From positions 62,001 to 126,000 of the forward strand of contig NW_024056036.1 of the NCBI RefSeq assembly GCF_902713615.1: 64,000 bases of DNA, given 5' to 3'. The stretch is from Scyliorhinus canicula (taxonomy: Eukaryota). Below, piece by piece: positions 62,115-64,000 of the stretch (its first letter is position 1; each line of letters starts with the position of its first letter). Both the position numbers and the translations under genes were made by a program. Below the pieces are notes generated by a model. That model ran no database searches. It was given only the letters and a program-made list of their open reading frames with translations, and was not told where the DNA came from.

Positions 62115-62417
62115 TGACTTGCACAGTGAGCAGGTGCAGGATGGTTACAGTCTAGTGAAGATTCAACCGTCGCTATTTCCGCTCCATCAGTTCCGAGTGC
62201 AACTGAGAGTCACCGCACACTTCCCTCAATATTCAGACGGCGATATCCCCGCCCACAGCTTCCGGTTGCTGCTCTCACTCTGACCCAATTGTGTTACTGG
62301 AGAGATTGCTGCCGGTGGTTCATTCCTCTCATTGGTCGGGTCAGCAGTGCAGTATGACGAGGATCTGTATTTCTGTCTCTGACAGAGGATTGATCTCATT
62401 GTAGAGTTACAAACTCA
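62115..62417 (+). pseudogene. Highly degenerate V pseudogene (family C)
   Basis: EDSTVAIS, RRYP/AHSFRLLLS, DEDLYFC remnants; nonamer-like ACAAACTCA at 62409; paralog at 44.1-44.5 kb. Confidence 0.55.
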
Positions 62418-62426
62418 AGAAGGATC

Positions 62427-62931
62427 ATGAGGAACCATCTCGCTTCGCTCATCATCGTTATCTCACTTCTCAGTAAGCATTTCCTTCCCAGTAACACTTC
62501 ATTCTCTTCCTGACTGCTGTAACACAGATTTTATTGTTGGTAAAATGACAGTTATTATTTTGCTGATGATAGTATTGCTGAATGCGATGCTAGCTCTGAT
62601 TGTCATTATTGTTGTTATTTCTGTTAGAATGGAGCCACCAGGACACCGTGGAACAAAAGGAACCAGAAATAACAGTTACAGAGGAAAATGAAGTTACATT
62701 AACCTGCACCTTGAAAACAAGCGCTTCTAGCCTTTATGTGTACTGGTACAGTCAGCAGCCCGGGAAAGCTCCAATGTACATGTTTCTTCTTATTGGACAG
62801 GCTGTGCAAAGAAACACCGACCTCAATGATCGGTTTTCTTCTACGTTTGATAAAAAGAACAAGACTACCGAGCTAACGATCAGTAACACAATGATCTCCG
62901 ACAGCGCCGTGTATTTCTGTTGCATGCAGCC
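62427..62931 (+). CDS. Apparently intact TCR alpha/delta V: leader 62427-62472 (MRNHLASLIIVISLL) + V exon 62628-62931 (...VTLTCTLKTSASSLYVYWYSQQPGKAP...DSAVYFCCMQP)
   Basis: Phase-1 GT/AG intron, open frame, RSS CACACTG-24-ACAAAAACT (62932-62971). Confidence 0.92.
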
Positions 62932-63349
62932 CACACTGCTACAGAGATATGGTGGGTCCCGTACAAAAACTCCACACTGGCAGTTCCAGCTGCTGCTCCC
63001 TCATCGGCAGTTCAGTTTCCACAGTGAGTGACAAACATTGTAACAAAACATCGCACAAAAAGCAAGAGGTGAGGTCCAGTTGCACAGTTAAACCAGTTTA
63101 CGATTGCAACTTGCATTCATAACAGATGTAAGATTGACGAATCGATCTGTGATTCCAAAACTCCTGCTTCTTGTTCATATACTGGTGTACAGACTCACTC
63201 ACTCACTAAACTATCAGGTCTCACTGAACTATAACAAATGCAACAATTTAAATTCATATTGCGCTTTTCACGTCATTACATGTCCAAAGGAGTTTCAGAG
63301 GAGCATTCAGGTCATGTAATCAAAAACCTGCTCAAAGAGTTCGGTTATT

Positions 63350-63960
63350 TAGGGCGGCACAGTGGCTAGCACTGCAACCTCACAGCGCCAGGGACCCGGA
63401 TTCTACTCTGGCCTTGGACGAGCTCGTGGCGTTTGCACGTTGTCCCCGGGTCTGTGATGGTTTCCTCCGAGTGCCGCGGTTTCCTCCTACAACCAAAACA
63501 TATGCAGAATAGGTGGATTAGATAGATTTAATAAACCTCAAAAAGGTCCTTCTTCAGCCTTCTCTGCTCTGAGGAAAACAACCCTAAGCTAATCAGCCTG
63601 TCTTCATAGCCGAAACACTCCATCCCCGGCAACATCCTGGGGAATCTCCACTGCATCCTCTTTCGTGCAATCAAACCCTTCGGTAGTGTGGCGACCAGAA
63701 CTGCACACAGGGATCCAGCCGTTGCCTAACCAGTGTTTCTGCAGCTTCATCATAACCTCCCTGCTCTTATGTTCAACGGAAAATAAACGCAACTATTTCA
63801 TAACCACCGTATTTTCCTGTCCTGCTGCTTTCAGGGGTCCATGGATACGCACCCGAGGTCCCTCTGGTTACTGTAATTACCGAGCGGCCTATATTTCATT
63901 ATATATTCCGTTGCCTTTCTAGCCCTCCCAAATTGCATCACCTCACAATTTTCAGAGTCA
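63350..63960. mobile_element. HE1 SINE 5' part (+, ~63350-63520) abutting a degraded CR1 3' fragment (-, ~63530-63960)
   Basis: GGGCGGCACAGTGGCTAGCACTGC head; reverse-strand CR1 motifs (GTGTGGCGACCAGAACTGCACACA). Confidence 0.75.
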
Positions 63961-64000
63961 ATTTGCCACTGTTTTAAGGTTTTCCGCCTCACTATTTACC

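Overview
This is eukaryotic DNA from a cartilaginous fish, inferred from HE1-type SINEs, CR1/L1 LINEs and shark-type IgM VH/JH sequence; a catshark-like species is plausible but not provable here. It is an antigen-receptor locus. 1-11.3 kb is G-skewed simple-sequence satellite with a 65-bp minisatellite and a solo LTR; its long ORFs are spurious. At 14.7-16.0 kb (-) lies an apparently intact IgM-type V-D-J minicluster with only ONE D (12/12 RSS) and no constant exon in the 14.7 kb downstream. 26-38 kb holds a young CR1 and a full-length L1-clade element. 38.9-63 kb holds 12 TCR alpha/delta-like V segments in mixed orientation, 3 apparently intact and 9 pseudogenes or fragments. These are interrupted by a ~2.44-kb x ~3.5 tandem tDNA array carrying tRNA-Val(CAC) and two families of tRNA-Pro, each with an 18-nt insertion at the canonical intron position. 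Best leads: (1) the C-less single-D IgH cluster beside TCR V genes, (2) intron-bearing tRNA-Pro in a tandem array inside the V region, (3) CTCF+CRE promoter modules that outlasted their V coding sequences. All alignments were done by eye. Family assignments come from recalled consensus motifs, not database searches, and repeat boundaries are approximate.
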